DNA of 64,000 nucleotides from Pelagibacteraceae bacterium AG-337-G06 (GCA_003282175.1 QBZX01000006.1:11756-75755), one strand, 5' to 3'; shown: positions 21,294 to 31,860, counted from the stretch's first letter. Numbers and translations are program-made. Notes: generated by a model from the sequence alone, not told the origin.

Positions 21294-22828
21294 TTATTAA
21301 AAACTTTTTTAATTTCAGTATACGAAAAAGGCTTGTAAAAAGATATTACAAATAAGTAAAGTAGTATTGAAGAAAAGACTAAAAATAAAAGGAAAAAAAT
21401 CTCACCAAAATAAAAGCTAGTAAATATCTCATCAAAATAATCATTAAAGAAATAAATATATATTCCTATAATAAAAGAAGCTAACAAGACTAAAATTAAT
21501 GGTTTTAATATTTTTGAACTAAAAACAAAATAACAATTTTTTTGAAGATAATAATAAAGAACAAATACACTTATCCACGCTGAAATACTTGTTGCAATTG
21601 CAATTCCTACAAAACCTAAATAAATAAAGAGAATTATGCTTAATACTGTATTCAAAACTAAATTAAAAAAAGTTACATAAAGTGTTGGCTTAACATTTTC
21701 ATATGCGAAAAAAATTGGTGTAAATATTTTCATTAATATAAATGCAACCAAGCCTAGACTATAAAATTGTAGTGCCTGAGCCGTAAGCACTGTAGACTCA
21801 ATATTAAATTCACCTCGCTCAAAAAGTATACGAACTATTAGTTCTGGCAGAATAAAAATACCAACAGCTGCAGGAAATGATAATAATATGGCAAATTTTG
21901 TAGTCCCCTCGATTGTGTTATAAACCTCAGTTTTTGAATTCTTCTGAATTTTTTTTGAAATTGATGGAAGTAATACAATTCCTAGCGCAATCCCAATCAA
22001 GGCTAAAGGTAGTTGATATATTCTGTCTGCATAATATAAATAAGAAATTGCACCTGTTTCATATGAAGCGATTATAGTTCCTATAAAAATATTTATTTGA
22101 AGTAAGCCTGAGGAAAAAAAACTTGCAGAGAATAAACTAAGGAAACGCTTTGTGTTTCTTGTGATCAGTGCTGAAAAATAAGTAATCTTTATTTTGTTAT
22201 TTTTAAGTGAAACTACTAAAAAAATTATTTGAACTATGCCTCCAAAGATTACAGACCACGATAAAAAAAGTAAAAAATTATTGTCAGTTAGATAAGCATA
22301 CAATATGCCCAATATCATAAAAAGATTTAAAATTATTGGAAGCGAGGCTGATAATGCAAATTTATTATTTGCATTAAGAATAGACGAATAAATTGATCCA
22401 ACACTGATTATAACAAGAAAAGGAAATATAATTCTTGATGTATTGATTAATTCATTCAGCTTTTCCTCATTCAAGGCAAAACCTGGTGCCAAGAATAAAA
22501 TAAAAGTTGGCATAAATATTTCAATAATTACAACAATAATTACTGTTACGGTTGTAAAAATAACAATGATGTTTCCAGCGAATTTTTTCGCTTCTTCAAA
22601 AAAATTTTCACTTATCAGCTTAGCATAAACTGGTACGAATGCAGAGTTTAATGCCCCTTCCGAAAATATCCTACGGAATGTGTTTGGAAAACGAAAGGCA
22701 ACAAAAAATATATCTGCAAATATTCCTGTACCCAAAAAATTTGCAATCAAGATATCTCTTAGGAAACCAAATACTCGGCTTACGGATGTAAAAAAAGAAT
22801 AAATAAATGATGATCTTATTACATTCAT
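21290..22828 (-). CDS. murJ: Lipid II flippase MurJ (MviN)
   Basis: 512 aa polytopic protein with FRDILIANFLGTG and RRIFSEGALNSAFVP N-terminal motifs. Confidence 0.92.
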   Translation of the reverse strand: MNVIRSSFIYSFFTSVSRVFGFLRDILIANFLGTGIFADIFFVAFRFPNTFRRIFSEGALNSAFVPVYAKLISENFFEEAKKFAGNIIVIFTTVTVIIVVIIEIFMPTFILFLAPGFALNEEKLNELINTSRIIFPFLVIISVGSIYSSILNANNKFALSASLPIILNLFMILGILYAYLTDNNFLLFLSWSVIFGGIVQIIFLVVSLKNNKIKITYFSALITRNTKRFLSLFSASFFSSGLLQINIFIGTIIASYETGAISYLYYADRIYQLPLALIGIALGIVLLPSISKKIQKNSKTEVYNTIEGTTKFAILLSFPAAVGIFILPELIVRILFERGEFNIESTVLTAQALQFYSLGLVAFILMKIFTPIFFAYENVKPTLYVTFFNLVLNTVLSIILFIYLGFVGIAIATSISAWISVFVLYYYLQKNCYFVFSSKILKPLILVLLASFIIGIYIYFFNDYFDEIFTSFYFGEIFFLLFLVFSSILLYLFVISFYKPFSYTEIKKVFNK

Positions 22829-22934
22829 ATAATTGTTGTTTATTAATCTATTTTCATCTAAATATCGTCAAAATTAAGTATACAATCCCATTTTATAGTT
22901 TTTGAATTTGAAACACAGATAAAAACCTATATAA

Positions 22935-25220
22935 ATGGCGAAAAAAGGATTTATGAAGAAAAAAGACAGAGCTGAACATTTTAGTGAGAAGGAAGCTTTA
23001 GTTTTTCATGCTCAGGGAAAGCCAGGAAAGATTGAAATTAAAGCAACCAAACCACTTGAGACACAAAGGGACTTGTCTCTAGCTTATTCACCTGGAGTTG
23101 CGGCACCAGTTAATGCGATTGCAGAGGACACCAGTGCAGTCTATGACTATACGAGTAAAGGCAATATTGTTGCTGTGGTATCAAATGGAACCGCTATACT
23201 TGGTCTTGGTAATTTAGGCGCACATGCCTCAAAACCAGTGATGGAAGGTAAATCTGTTTTGTTTAAAAGATTTTCTGACATTGACTCAATTGATCTTGAA
23301 ATTGATACGGAAAATGCTGACGAGTTTATTAATTCTGTTAAATATTTAGGCCCATCTTTTGGAGGAATAAATTTAGAAGATATCAAAGCACCTGAGTGTT
23401 TCATTATTGAAGACACATTAAGAGAGCTAATGGATATCCCGATATTTCATGATGACCAGCATGGAACTGCCATAATATCTACAGCAGCTCTTCTAAATGC
23501 ATTAGATCTCAGTGGGAAAAAAATAAGCGAAGCTAAAATTGTTGTTAATGGTGCAGGAGCTGCTGGTATTGCCTGTTTAGAGCTTCTTAAGGCAATGGGT
23601 ATGCCCAACAATAATGCAATTCTCTGTGATACAAAGGGCGTTATTCACTCAGAAAGAAAAGAAAATATGAATCAGTGGAAATCTGCACATGCAATAAAAA
23701 CTGATTGTAGAACACTAGAGGATGCACTAGTTGGTGCAGATATTTTTTTTGGTTTATCAGTTGGGAATATAATCAGTCAAAAAATGGCTTTATCAATGGC
23801 TGATAGTCCAATTATTTTTGCGATGGCAAATCCCGAGCCTGAAATTACTCCCGAAGATGTGAAAGAATGTAGATCTGATGCAATTATTGCAACGGGAAGA
23901 TCTGATTATCCTAACCAGGTGAATAATGTTTTAGGTTTTCCTTATATATTTAGAGGTGCATTAGATGTTAGGGCTACAACAATTAATTTAGAAATGAAGA
24001 TAGCTGCTGCAAGAGCGATAGCTGACTTAGCTAAAGAGGATGTACCTGACGAAGTTGCAAATGCTTACCCTGGAAAGCGCCCGCAGTATGGTCCCGATTA
24101 TATAATACCATCTCCATTTGATCCTCGATTGATAAGTAAAGTTCCACCTGCAGTTGCCAAAGCTGCTATGGATACTGGGGTAGCACGTAAAGCAATTGTT
24201 GATATGGACAGATATTCTAATGAGTTATCAGCAAGACTTAATCCTTCAGCCGGGCTATTACAAAAAATATTCCAAGAAGTAAAAGAAAATCCAAAACGTG
24301 TAATCTTTACAGAAGGTGAGGAAGAAGACATGATTAGAGCTGCTGTTATATTCCTTAATAATGCAATGGGGACGCCAATACTTATCGGAAGGGAAGAAAT
24401 AATAAAAAATAAGATGAAAGAGATGGGACTTGATTTCTTTGATAAGCTAGAAATTCATAGTACGAGGAATAAAACTGAACATGATAGATTCGCAGAACAT
24501 ATATATGATCGACTTCAAAGAAAGGGTTTTTTAAGAAAAGATTGCTTAGATTTACTTACTAAAGAAAGAAATGTATTTGCCGCATGCATGGTATCTCTCA
24601 ATGAGGCTGATGCCATGGTTTGTGGTTTGACAAGAAGTTTTGCTGCTTCGCTTGAGAGTATAGAATATGTATTAGATCCCATTCCAAATAAAACTATTTT
24701 AGGTATGACTGTTATGTTATGTAATGGAAGAACAATATTTGTTGCAGACTCAAACGTTCATGATATGCCAAACGCTGCACAACTTGCAAATATCACTCAA
24801 GAAAGTGCAGAAGTTGTAAAGGAGATTTTTGGAATTGAACCAAAAGCAGCTTTAGTTTCTTACTCCAACTTTGGGAAGCCGTTCACAGAACGTTCAGTTT
24901 ATATGAGAGATGCAATCAAGATACTTGACGAGAGGAAAGTTGATTTTGAATATGATGGTGAAATGGGGGCAAACACAGCTCTTAATGAAAATTTAATGAA
25001 CTTATATCCATTTTGTAAACTTTCTGGCCCTGCTAATCTATTGATTATGCCAGCGATTCACAGTGCTAGTATTTCTACAAAAATGTTACAAGAATTGGGA
25101 GGTGGGAACCTGGTGGGTCCTTATCTTGTAGGATTTAAAGAAAGTATTCAAATAGCACCCTTGGGAGCAAATGTTTCCGACATTGTTAATCTCGCAGCCC
25201 TTGCAGCGTTTAAAAATTAG
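22935..25220 (+). CDS. maeB: NADP-dependent malic enzyme with C-terminal phosphotransacetylase-like domain
   Basis: 761 aa with VVSNGTAILGLGNLG and GAGAAGIA Rossmann motifs, and a PTA-like C-terminal half. Confidence 0.95.
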   Translation: MAKKGFMKKKDRAEHFSEKEALVFHAQGKPGKIEIKATKPLETQRDLSLAYSPGVAAPVNAIAEDTSAVYDYTSKGNIVAVVSNGTAILGLGNLGAHASKPVMEGKSVLFKRFSDIDSIDLEIDTENADEFINSVKYLGPSFGGINLEDIKAPECFIIEDTLRELMDIPIFHDDQHGTAIISTAALLNALDLSGKKISEAKIVVNGAGAAGIACLELLKAMGMPNNNAILCDTKGVIHSERKENMNQWKSAHAIKTDCRTLEDALVGADIFFGLSVGNIISQKMALSMADSPIIFAMANPEPEITPEDVKECRSDAIIATGRSDYPNQVNNVLGFPYIFRGALDVRATTINLEMKIAAARAIADLAKEDVPDEVANAYPGKRPQYGPDYIIPSPFDPRLISKVPPAVAKAAMDTGVARKAIVDMDRYSNELSARLNPSAGLLQKIFQEVKENPKRVIFTEGEEEDMIRAAVIFLNNAMGTPILIGREEIIKNKMKEMGLDFFDKLEIHSTRNKTEHDRFAEHIYDRLQRKGFLRKDCLDLLTKERNVFAACMVSLNEADAMVCGLTRSFAASLESIEYVLDPIPNKTILGMTVMLCNGRTIFVADSNVHDMPNAAQLANITQESAEVVKEIFGIEPKAALVSYSNFGKPFTERSVYMRDAIKILDERKVDFEYDGEMGANTALNENLMNLYPFCKLSGPANLLIMPAIHSASISTKMLQELGGGNLVGPYLVGFKESIQIAPLGANVSDIVNLAALAAFKN

Positions 25221-26179
25221 TCTTTTAGGAAATTTGAAATTTCTGTAACTGCCTTTTTTGACTCTGGTAAGAATTCAAAGATTTGCCAAACATGAGGTAA
25301 ATTTTTATAAATACTTAACGTCACTCCATTATTCCCACTTTTAAGATGTTTTGAAATTGTAATGGAGTCACTAAGCAGTATTTCAATATTACTTACTTGT
25401 ATAAGTGTTTGGGGAAAGTTTTTAAAATTTGCGAATACAGGCGATATCAGTGGATTGGTATAGTCTTGATTTGGAGCATACCACTCCTCAACATTTTTTT
25501 TCATAGATTTAGATGTGCTAAGCCAATCGTCATAAGACAAATATGGGTCAGATAATGAATTCTCTTTAATGCTACTTCCTTCTCCTGTTAGGTCGGCCCA
25601 TGGAGAAAGTAGAAAAACTTTAGAGGGTAGAGGTTTATTAGTTTCTTGAAGTTTTAAAATAGTAACAATTGATAAATTTCCACCGGCAGAGTCTCCCCCT
25701 ATAAATATATTTTGACTCTTATACCCCATTCTTAGTAAACACTTGAAGCTTTCAACAGCATCATTTATTGCAGCAGGAAAAGGCTTCTCAGGGGCAAGAG
25801 AATAATCTATGGCATAAACTTTCAAATTAGATTTTTCGGCTATACTTATTAAAAGATTTTGATGTGTTTCAGGCGAACCTGCAACATAACCTCCTCCATG
25901 GAAATAAAGTATACATTTATCATCCTTAAATTCATCATAATCGAAAGAAAGCGTTCTGATATTTTCTAAATATATTTCCTCTATTTTTATTTTAGAATTT
26001 TTTTTGCTAAATATTAATTTTTGAAGGCTAGTATTTACAATTGAACTTGTCTTATCCTCGAAACCTTTTTGATTCATCATTTTTCTCGCCTCAAGATAGG
26101 AGCGCTTTTCGACAGATGGTTGTACTTTCTTTACATATTTTTTTAGTACATAATTTAATATTTTTGACCTTATACTCAT
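25217..26179 (-). CDS. Alpha/beta hydrolase, hormone-sensitive-lipase-type esterase
   Basis: HGGGYVAG oxyanion motif and the GDSAGGN nucleophile elbow. Confidence 0.8.
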   Translation of the reverse strand: MSIRSKILNYVLKKYVKKVQPSVEKRSYLEARKMMNQKGFEDKTSSIVNTSLQKLIFSKKNSKIKIEEIYLENIRTLSFDYDEFKDDKCILYFHGGGYVAGSPETHQNLLISIAEKSNLKVYAIDYSLAPEKPFPAAINDAVESFKCLLRMGYKSQNIFIGGDSAGGNLSIVTILKLQETNKPLPSKVFLLSPWADLTGEGSSIKENSLSDPYLSYDDWLSTSKSMKKNVEEWYAPNQDYTNPLISPVFANFKNFPQTLIQVSNIEILLSDSITISKHLKSGNNGVTLSIYKNLPHVWQIFEFLPESKKAVTEISNFLKD

Positions 26180-26200
26180 AAAAGATTTTAATAACTTGTA

Positions 26201-27124
26201 TTAATCTAATCTATCAAATATTATTTTAGCAACATCAATCTTATGAGCTTTTTTTATTTCTTGGATACAAGTTGGTGAAGTAACATTAATTTCTGTAAGA
26301 TAGTTTCCTATTATATCAATACCCACGAAGAATAACTTTTCACTTATCAATGTTTCCTTGATAATACTGCAGATTTTTCTGTCATTTCTTGATAATTCAA
26401 CTGCCTTGGTACTTCCCCCAACATGAATATTTGATCTAAACTCATTTTTTTTCGGGATTCTTTTTAGTGCTGCGACAGGCTCACCGTTAATAAGTATTAT
26501 TCTCTTGTCGCCCTTAATTATTTCAGGGAGAAACTTTTGCACTATAAAAGGGGTATTATCTTCATCAATAAACTTTTCGATAATTTGATTATAGTTTTTA
26601 TCGTTCTTATCTAATAAAAAAATGCCTTGCCCCCCATTACCATATAAAGGCTTAATTACAGATTTCTTGTAACTATTCATGAAACGATCTATTTCCTTTT
26701 TAGATCTAGTAATTAAAGTTGGTGGAATAATATTATTGAATTTTAGCATCAATATTTTTTCTGGTGCATTTCTTATTCCCGATGGACTATTTACTACCTT
26801 AGTATTTCTACTTAATTGCTCAAGTAAGTGCATTGAAGATATGTATTCCATATCATAAGGCGGGTCTTGACGTATAAATATATAATTAAAAGAATTTAAA
26901 TTTAATTTTTTCTCTCTACTTAATGTATAACTATTCAATTTATCATTTTTAAATTTTATTTCTTTTGCCTGTGCGTACAAAGAACTTTTTTTAAATGTAA
27001 GAGAACTCGGAGAGAATATATAATTTCGATTTTTTCTCCTTTGAGATTCTAAAATCATTGGCAAAGTACTATCAGTAGTATAGTTCAGTGTATGTACTGG
27101 GTCCATTTGAAAACCAAATTTCAT
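26201..27124 (-). CDS. gshB: Glutathione synthetase
   Basis: 307 aa with a prokaryotic GSH-synthetase N-domain (MDP...DST) and an ATP-grasp C-domain (INVTSP). Confidence 0.88.
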   Translation of the reverse strand: MKFGFQMDPVHTLNYTTDSTLPMILESQRRKNRNYIFSPSSLTFKKSSLYAQAKEIKFKNDKLNSYTLSREKKLNLNSFNYIFIRQDPPYDMEYISSMHLLEQLSRNTKVVNSPSGIRNAPEKILMLKFNNIIPPTLITRSKKEIDRFMNSYKKSVIKPLYGNGGQGIFLLDKNDKNYNQIIEKFIDEDNTPFIVQKFLPEIIKGDKRIILINGEPVAALKRIPKKNEFRSNIHVGGSTKAVELSRNDRKICSIIKETLISEKLFFVGIDIIGNYLTEINVTSPTCIQEIKKAHKIDVAKIIFDRLD

Positions 27125-27135
27125 AAATCTAACTC

Positions 27136-27723
27136 CTAATCAGAATTTATAGTTATATAGTCAACTACTTCCTCAACTCCAAAAACTTCTTTTGAAAGAT
27201 CTATAACCTTTTGTTTTTCATCACTTGAGCCTGAAATCCCTATGATATAAACGATTTTATTAACAGTTTCGATGTTATAATTTAAAGAATTCACATCTTC
27301 ATCAAGCATTATTTTAGCCATGACTTTTGTACTAATAACTAAATCATCTGCAAAATTTAATATGCTATCACTTTCACTTATTTGAATTTCATTAATCACA
27401 GTCTGTACTCCTTTTACTCCCCATGCAATGCGCGTAGCTTCTATTCTTAAATCTATATTATCAACAGTCCCAGTTAATAATACTCTTCCTTGGGAAACCT
27501 CTACATCAACATTGAAAAATATTTTTTCACTTTGATCAAAATAAGAATTTTTTAGAACAGCTTTTATTAATACATCATCAACAAACTCTCCAATACTACG
27601 GTCAGAATTTGAAACTGTCACTGCCTTCGTAGCCACTCCCGTAGCTACAGGTATAGAGCAATTTGTAAGTATAATGATAAGTACTGACAAAATTGAAAAT
27701 CTTAATAATTTATTAAGTGTCAT
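27136..27723 (-). CDS. BON-domain lipoprotein (OsmY/DolP-like)
   Basis: Lipobox LTNC at residues 19-22 and two BON-like repeats. Confidence 0.7.
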   Translation of the reverse strand: MTLNKLLRFSILSVLIIILTNCSIPVATGVATKAVTVSNSDRSIGEFVDDVLIKAVLKNSYFDQSEKIFFNVDVEVSQGRVLLTGTVDNIDLRIEATRIAWGVKGVQTVINEIQISESDSILNFADDLVISTKVMAKIMLDEDVNSLNYNIETVNKIVYIIGISGSSDEKQKVIDLSKEVFGVEEVVDYITINSD

Positions 27724-27748
27724 AAGTTGAAATTATATTAATTTTATA

Positions 27749-28636
27749 TTATTTCCTATTTTTTATTAATAACTGATAAATATCCCTTTTTGATATACTC
27801 AAATCTTTAGATATAAGTCGAGATACTTCAGAGATATTCAACCCTTGAGCGAGTAAACTGTTGCCAAATTTGATGATTTCTACTTCTGAGAGATTATCAG
27901 CATGACTCGCTATAGGCTCTATAATGAATGTTATTTCGCCTAATATTTTTTCTTTCAAGTTTATTTTATCAATAAGGTCTGAAATGTTAGTGTTAATTAT
28001 TTCTTCGTGTTTTTTACTTAATTCCCTTACAAATGTTATTTTACAGTCACCACATAAATCTAAAATTGTATTTAGTGTTTTAAGAATTCTCTTGGGTGAC
28101 TCAAAATATATTTCTGGGCAGTCGCTTCCGTTAAATCTTGTTAACTGACTTTCTATTTTCTTCTTTTGTCTTGGGAAAAACCCTCTAAAAGTAAAATTCT
28201 CTGATAAAAAAGCTGATAGAGCAATGCTTGCTATTGGGGCCGATGGACCTGGCAGGGAAAATACATTCAGATTATTTACAAAACATTCTTTTACAAGGTC
28301 AGCCCCAGGATCTGAAATAAGCGGAGTTCCAGAGTCTGTTGTTATAGCAATGGAGAAATTAGAGCTTATTTTTTTTATAATCCCAGGAATTTTATTTTTA
28401 GAATTAAATTTATGGAATGGCTGCGTTTTACATTTTATTCCATATTTCGCAGTAAGTTTTTTTGTAACTCTAGTATCTTCACATATTATTAAGTCAACTG
28501 AAGACAGTATTTTCAATGACCTTATCGTAATATCAGATAAATTTCCTATTGGTGTGGGAACTATATAAAGGCCACTTTGAGGTTTCTCATATTCCAATAA
28601 CTTTGTAATATAAGAAAGATTAATATTTGATTGCAT
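27749..28636 (-). CDS. rsmI: 16S rRNA (cytidine1402-2'-O)-methyltransferase
   Basis: LYIVPTPIGNLSDIT motif and tetrapyrrole-methylase fold. The ATG at 28636-28634 shares 2 nt with the divergent lpoA-like start. An in-frame TTG 13 codons downstream (28597) is an alternative start. Confidence 0.88.
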   Translation of the reverse strand: MQSNINLSYITKLLEYEKPQSGLYIVPTPIGNLSDITIRSLKILSSVDLIICEDTRVTKKLTAKYGIKCKTQPFHKFNSKNKIPGIIKKISSNFSIAITTDSGTPLISDPGADLVKECFVNNLNVFSLPGPSAPIASIALSAFLSENFTFRGFFPRQKKKIESQLTRFNGSDCPEIYFESPKRILKTLNTILDLCGDCKITFVRELSKKHEEIINTNISDLIDKINLKEKILGEITFIIEPIASHADNLSEVEIIKFGNSLLAQGLNISEVSRLISKDLSISKRDIYQLLIKNRK

Positions 28637-29921
28637 GTGTTATTTTAAAGACAAGTTCATTATTTTCTTAACTTTTTATTTAAGTTTATTATTTTATGGC
28701 TGTGAAACAACCCAATTAGTCCCAAAGGAAACACTAACATACAATCAAACACAATTACTAGAAACTATAGTAAAGGATGAAGATCCAATAACTGAGGGAA
28801 ACAATTTAATAGATAAAAAAGATAAAATTTTCAGGATAGGCTTGCTTTTACCGTTGTCTGGAGAATTTTATCAAATAGGCAAATCGCTACTCGACTCAGC
28901 ACAACTTGCATTAGAAAAAACTGGTAACCAAAATTTAAAATTTTACATAGTAGACACCGGAAAAGAAGACCAACTATTTAAAAATCTTTCATATTTAATG
29001 AGTAATGATGTTGATTTGATTCTCGGTCCAGTTTTTACCAATACAGTTTTAAGGGTAAAAGAGTACCTAGATAATCAAAGTATTCCGATTATTACATTTT
29101 CTAATAATTCTGAAGTAAGTGATCGCAATGTCTACGTTTTTGGATTAACTATTGAAGATGAATTAAACAGTATCTATGCATATTCAGTTGATAGAGGAAT
29201 TAAAAAATTTGCAGTTATAGTCCCTGAAAATAAATATGGCAATAAGGTAAAAAATGAAATTGATAAATTCCATAATATAAATAATAATTCATCATCACAA
29301 TTTATTTTTTATCCAACAGAAAATCCCGACTATTACAAAATAGCTAGGGAAGTTTCAAATTATGATGAAAGAAAATTAGAATTAGATAATCGAGTAAGAC
29401 TTCTAAAGGAATTGCAATCTGAGTCTTCATTAAAAGAATTAAAATTATTAAAAAATAAGGATACTTTGGGCGAGGTAGATTTTGAAGCTATTATTATTAT
29501 TGCTCGCTCATTTAGTGAATTAACAAATTTTATTTCAATACTGCCTTATTATGATGTTGATCCAAAAAAAGTAAAATTCATTGGAAATTCTATTTGGGGA
29601 AAAGAATTAATTCTTAAGGAGCCCTCAATGAAGAACTCATATTTTTCATCCTTAGACTTAAATGCTAGAAAAAAATTTGAAGAAGAATATAAAAAAATAT
29701 ACACAAATAATCCTCACTCATTAGCTGCTTTAGCTTATGATTTAGTAGGTTTAATCAATAGCTTGAGTATGGAACATAAAAAAATTACAAAGGAAATTCT
29801 TCATTCTAATTCAGGATACGTGGGAATTAATGGATGGTTTCGTTTTTATGAAAGTGGGAAAGTAGAACGTAGACCTACAATATTCCATGTAGGTAGTGAA
29901 AAGTTTGTAATTAAAAATTAA
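28635..29921 (+). CDS. LppC/LpoA-like lipoprotein (periplasmic-binding-protein type I fold; putative penicillin-binding-protein activator)
   Basis: Lipobox FYGC, and RIGLLLPLSGEFYQIGKSLLDSAQLAL typical of the LpoA C-domain. Divergent from rsmI, as in E. coli. An in-frame TAA at 28620-28622 excludes an upstream start. Confidence 0.6.
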   Translation: MCYFKDKFIIFLTFYLSLLFYGCETTQLVPKETLTYNQTQLLETIVKDEDPITEGNNLIDKKDKIFRIGLLLPLSGEFYQIGKSLLDSAQLALEKTGNQNLKFYIVDTGKEDQLFKNLSYLMSNDVDLILGPVFTNTVLRVKEYLDNQSIPIITFSNNSEVSDRNVYVFGLTIEDELNSIYAYSVDRGIKKFAVIVPENKYGNKVKNEIDKFHNINNNSSSQFIFYPTENPDYYKIAREVSNYDERKLELDNRVRLLKELQSESSLKELKLLKNKDTLGEVDFEAIIIIARSFSELTNFISILPYYDVDPKKVKFIGNSIWGKELILKEPSMKNSYFSSLDLNARKKFEEEYKKIYTNNPHSLAALAYDLVGLINSLSMEHKKITKEILHSNSGYVGINGWFRFYESGKVERRPTIFHVGSEKFVIKN

Positions 29922-29924
29922 TTT

Positions 29925-30539
29925 TTATATTTTATATAAAAAATTTGAGAGTTTTTTAAAGGCAATTGCCCTATGACTTATTCTTTCTTTATAGTTAAAA
30001 TTCATTTCACCAAACGTTTTTTTATAGCCTTTAGGAACAAAAATTGGATCATACCCAAACCCATTCTTGCCTTTTGGAGGAAATTGCACGTGTCCATAAA
30101 TCCTACCTTCAAAGACTCTGCATACATTGTTTGGAAAGTAGATTGATAAAGCACAACAAAAGAAAGCTTTTCTGTTAGATTTATTAAAATAATTATTTTT
30201 TTCCATTTTCTTTTCTATTTTTTCCATGGCAATGCTGAAATCTTTGTTCTTACCCGCCCATCTTGCAGAATAAATGCCAGGTTCATTATTTAATGATGAA
30301 ATACAGAGGCCGCTATCATCAGCTATAGCCGGCAATTTAGATTTTAATGCAGCATTTTTTGATTTGATAAGGGAGTTTTCTCCAAATGTGAGACCATTTT
30401 CAATCGGTTCGTTAATTTTAAGTTTTTTGGCAGAAATAATATTATAACCCAACGGTTTTAATAAAGATTTTATTTCCGACACTTTCCCGGAATTATGACT
30501 TGCTATTACAATATCCTTTAACAGCTTACTTACCCTCAA
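29925..30539 (-). CDS. rdgB: Non-canonical purine NTP pyrophosphatase (RdgB/HAM1 family)
   Basis: IASHNSGKVSE and FGYDPIF motifs. Follows rph. Confidence 0.92.
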   Translation of the reverse strand: MRVSKLLKDIVIASHNSGKVSEIKSLLKPLGYNIISAKKLKINEPIENGLTFGENSLIKSKNAALKSKLPAIADDSGLCISSLNNEPGIYSARWAGKNKDFSIAMEKIEKKMEKNNYFNKSNRKAFFCCALSIYFPNNVCRVFEGRIYGHVQFPPKGKNGFGYDPIFVPKGYKKTFGEMNFNYKERISHRAIAFKKLSNFLYKI

Positions 30540-31242
30540 GAAGTATTTTTTGATACTGAATTATTTGACCAATACCTGATTTTGCCAATTCAAGCATAGA
30601 GTTAAATTCGTTTTCTGTACAAAGTTTTTTTTCAGATGTCATTTGTATCTCAACTATTTTATTTGCTTCTGTAATTACAAAATTAGCATCAACATCAGCA
30701 TTTTGATCCTCAATAAAATCTAGGTCAAGCAATGGAACATTATCGACTATGCCACAACTTATAGCCGCAAGATTTTCCTTTATTGGATTAGTTTTAATAA
30801 TCTTTTTCTCAATCATGCTATGAATACATAACTGCAATGCTACAAAGGCACCTGAGATTGAAGCGGTTCGTGTTCCACCATCAGCTTGTATGACATCACA
30901 ATCAATTAGAATTTGCATATCTTTTAATAAACTAAGATCTGTTACCGCTCTCAGCGATCTGCCAATCAAACGTTGTATTTCTTGTGTTCTTCCTGATTGT
31001 TTGCCTCTGACGGCTTCTCTGGACATCCTTTCAGATGTTGATCTAGGAAGCATTCCATATTCAGCTGTTACCCAACCTTGCTGTGAATTTTTAAGCCATC
31101 TTGGAATATTTTGATCTAAAGACGCGTTACATAATACATGAGTTTCACCAAATTTGATCATACAAGAACCCTCAGGATATGAGGAGAAATTTGGAATAAT
31201 ATCAAATTTACGTAGATCGCTAATTTTTCTTGTATTTCTCAT
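30526..31242 (-). CDS. rph: Ribonuclease PH
   Basis: GKQSGRTQEIQRLIGRSLR and DCDVIQADGGTRTA motifs. Confidence 0.96.
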   Translation of the reverse strand: MRNTRKISDLRKFDIIPNFSSYPEGSCMIKFGETHVLCNASLDQNIPRWLKNSQQGWVTAEYGMLPRSTSERMSREAVRGKQSGRTQEIQRLIGRSLRAVTDLSLLKDMQILIDCDVIQADGGTRTASISGAFVALQLCIHSMIEKKIIKTNPIKENLAAISCGIVDNVPLLDLDFIEDQNADVDANFVITEANKIVEIQMTSEKKLCTENEFNSMLELAKSGIGQIIQYQKILLEGK

Positions 31243-31267
31243 ATTGATAATTTCACTATACTATGTA

Positions 31268-31296
31268 TTGACGAAAATAATATAGATCATTACATA
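31268..31296 (+). promoter_or_regulatory. Possible sigma-70-type promoter for grpE
   Basis: TTGACG (31268-31273), 17 nt, then TACATA (31291-31296). The -10 element is weak. Confidence 0.25.
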
Positions 31297-31308
31297 ATCG
31301 AAAAAGAT

Positions 31309-31860
31309 ATGGCAAAAGATAAAAAAAAGAATATTTCTGAAAAAAAATCTGACGAGAAAGTTGAAGAAGTTCAGGTAAAAGACGATATCGACTATTCAGA
31401 ACTCAAAGAAAAGTTAAAAGAAGCGGAAAATCAAATTTTGCTTTCACTCGCAGATAACGATAATCTAAGAAAAAGATTTGACAGAGAAAAAGAAGATCTT
31501 AGTAATTATGTTATTTCTAGTTTCGCAAAGGAAATCCTATCTGTATTGGATAATTTGGAGAGAGCATTAAAATCTATAGATCTAGATGAATTAAAAAAAT
31601 CAGATCAAAACATTTCACAGTTTATTGAAGGCATTGAATTGACAGAAAAACAAATAATAACAATTTTTGAAAAATTCAAAATTGAAAAAATTAGTTCTTT
31701 AGATCAAAATTTTGATCCAAACTTACATCAAGCTATGTTTGAAGTAGAAAATCCTGATAAGCAACCTGGTATTATTACTGAGGTAGTACAAGAGGGATAC
31801 CGCATTGGGGATAGACTTTTAAGACCTGCTATGGTTGGAGTAGTAAAGAAAAAAACCTAA
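31309..31860 (+). CDS. grpE: Nucleotide exchange factor GrpE
   Basis: 183 aa with a coiled-coil N-terminus and a C-terminal GYRIGDRLLRPAMV. Confidence 0.94.
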   Translation: MAKDKKKNISEKKSDEKVEEVQVKDDIDYSELKEKLKEAENQILLSLADNDNLRKRFDREKEDLSNYVISSFAKEILSVLDNLERALKSIDLDELKKSDQNISQFIEGIELTEKQIITIFEKFKIEKISSLDQNFDPNLHQAMFEVENPDKQPGIITEVVQEGYRIGDRLLRPAMVGVVKKKT

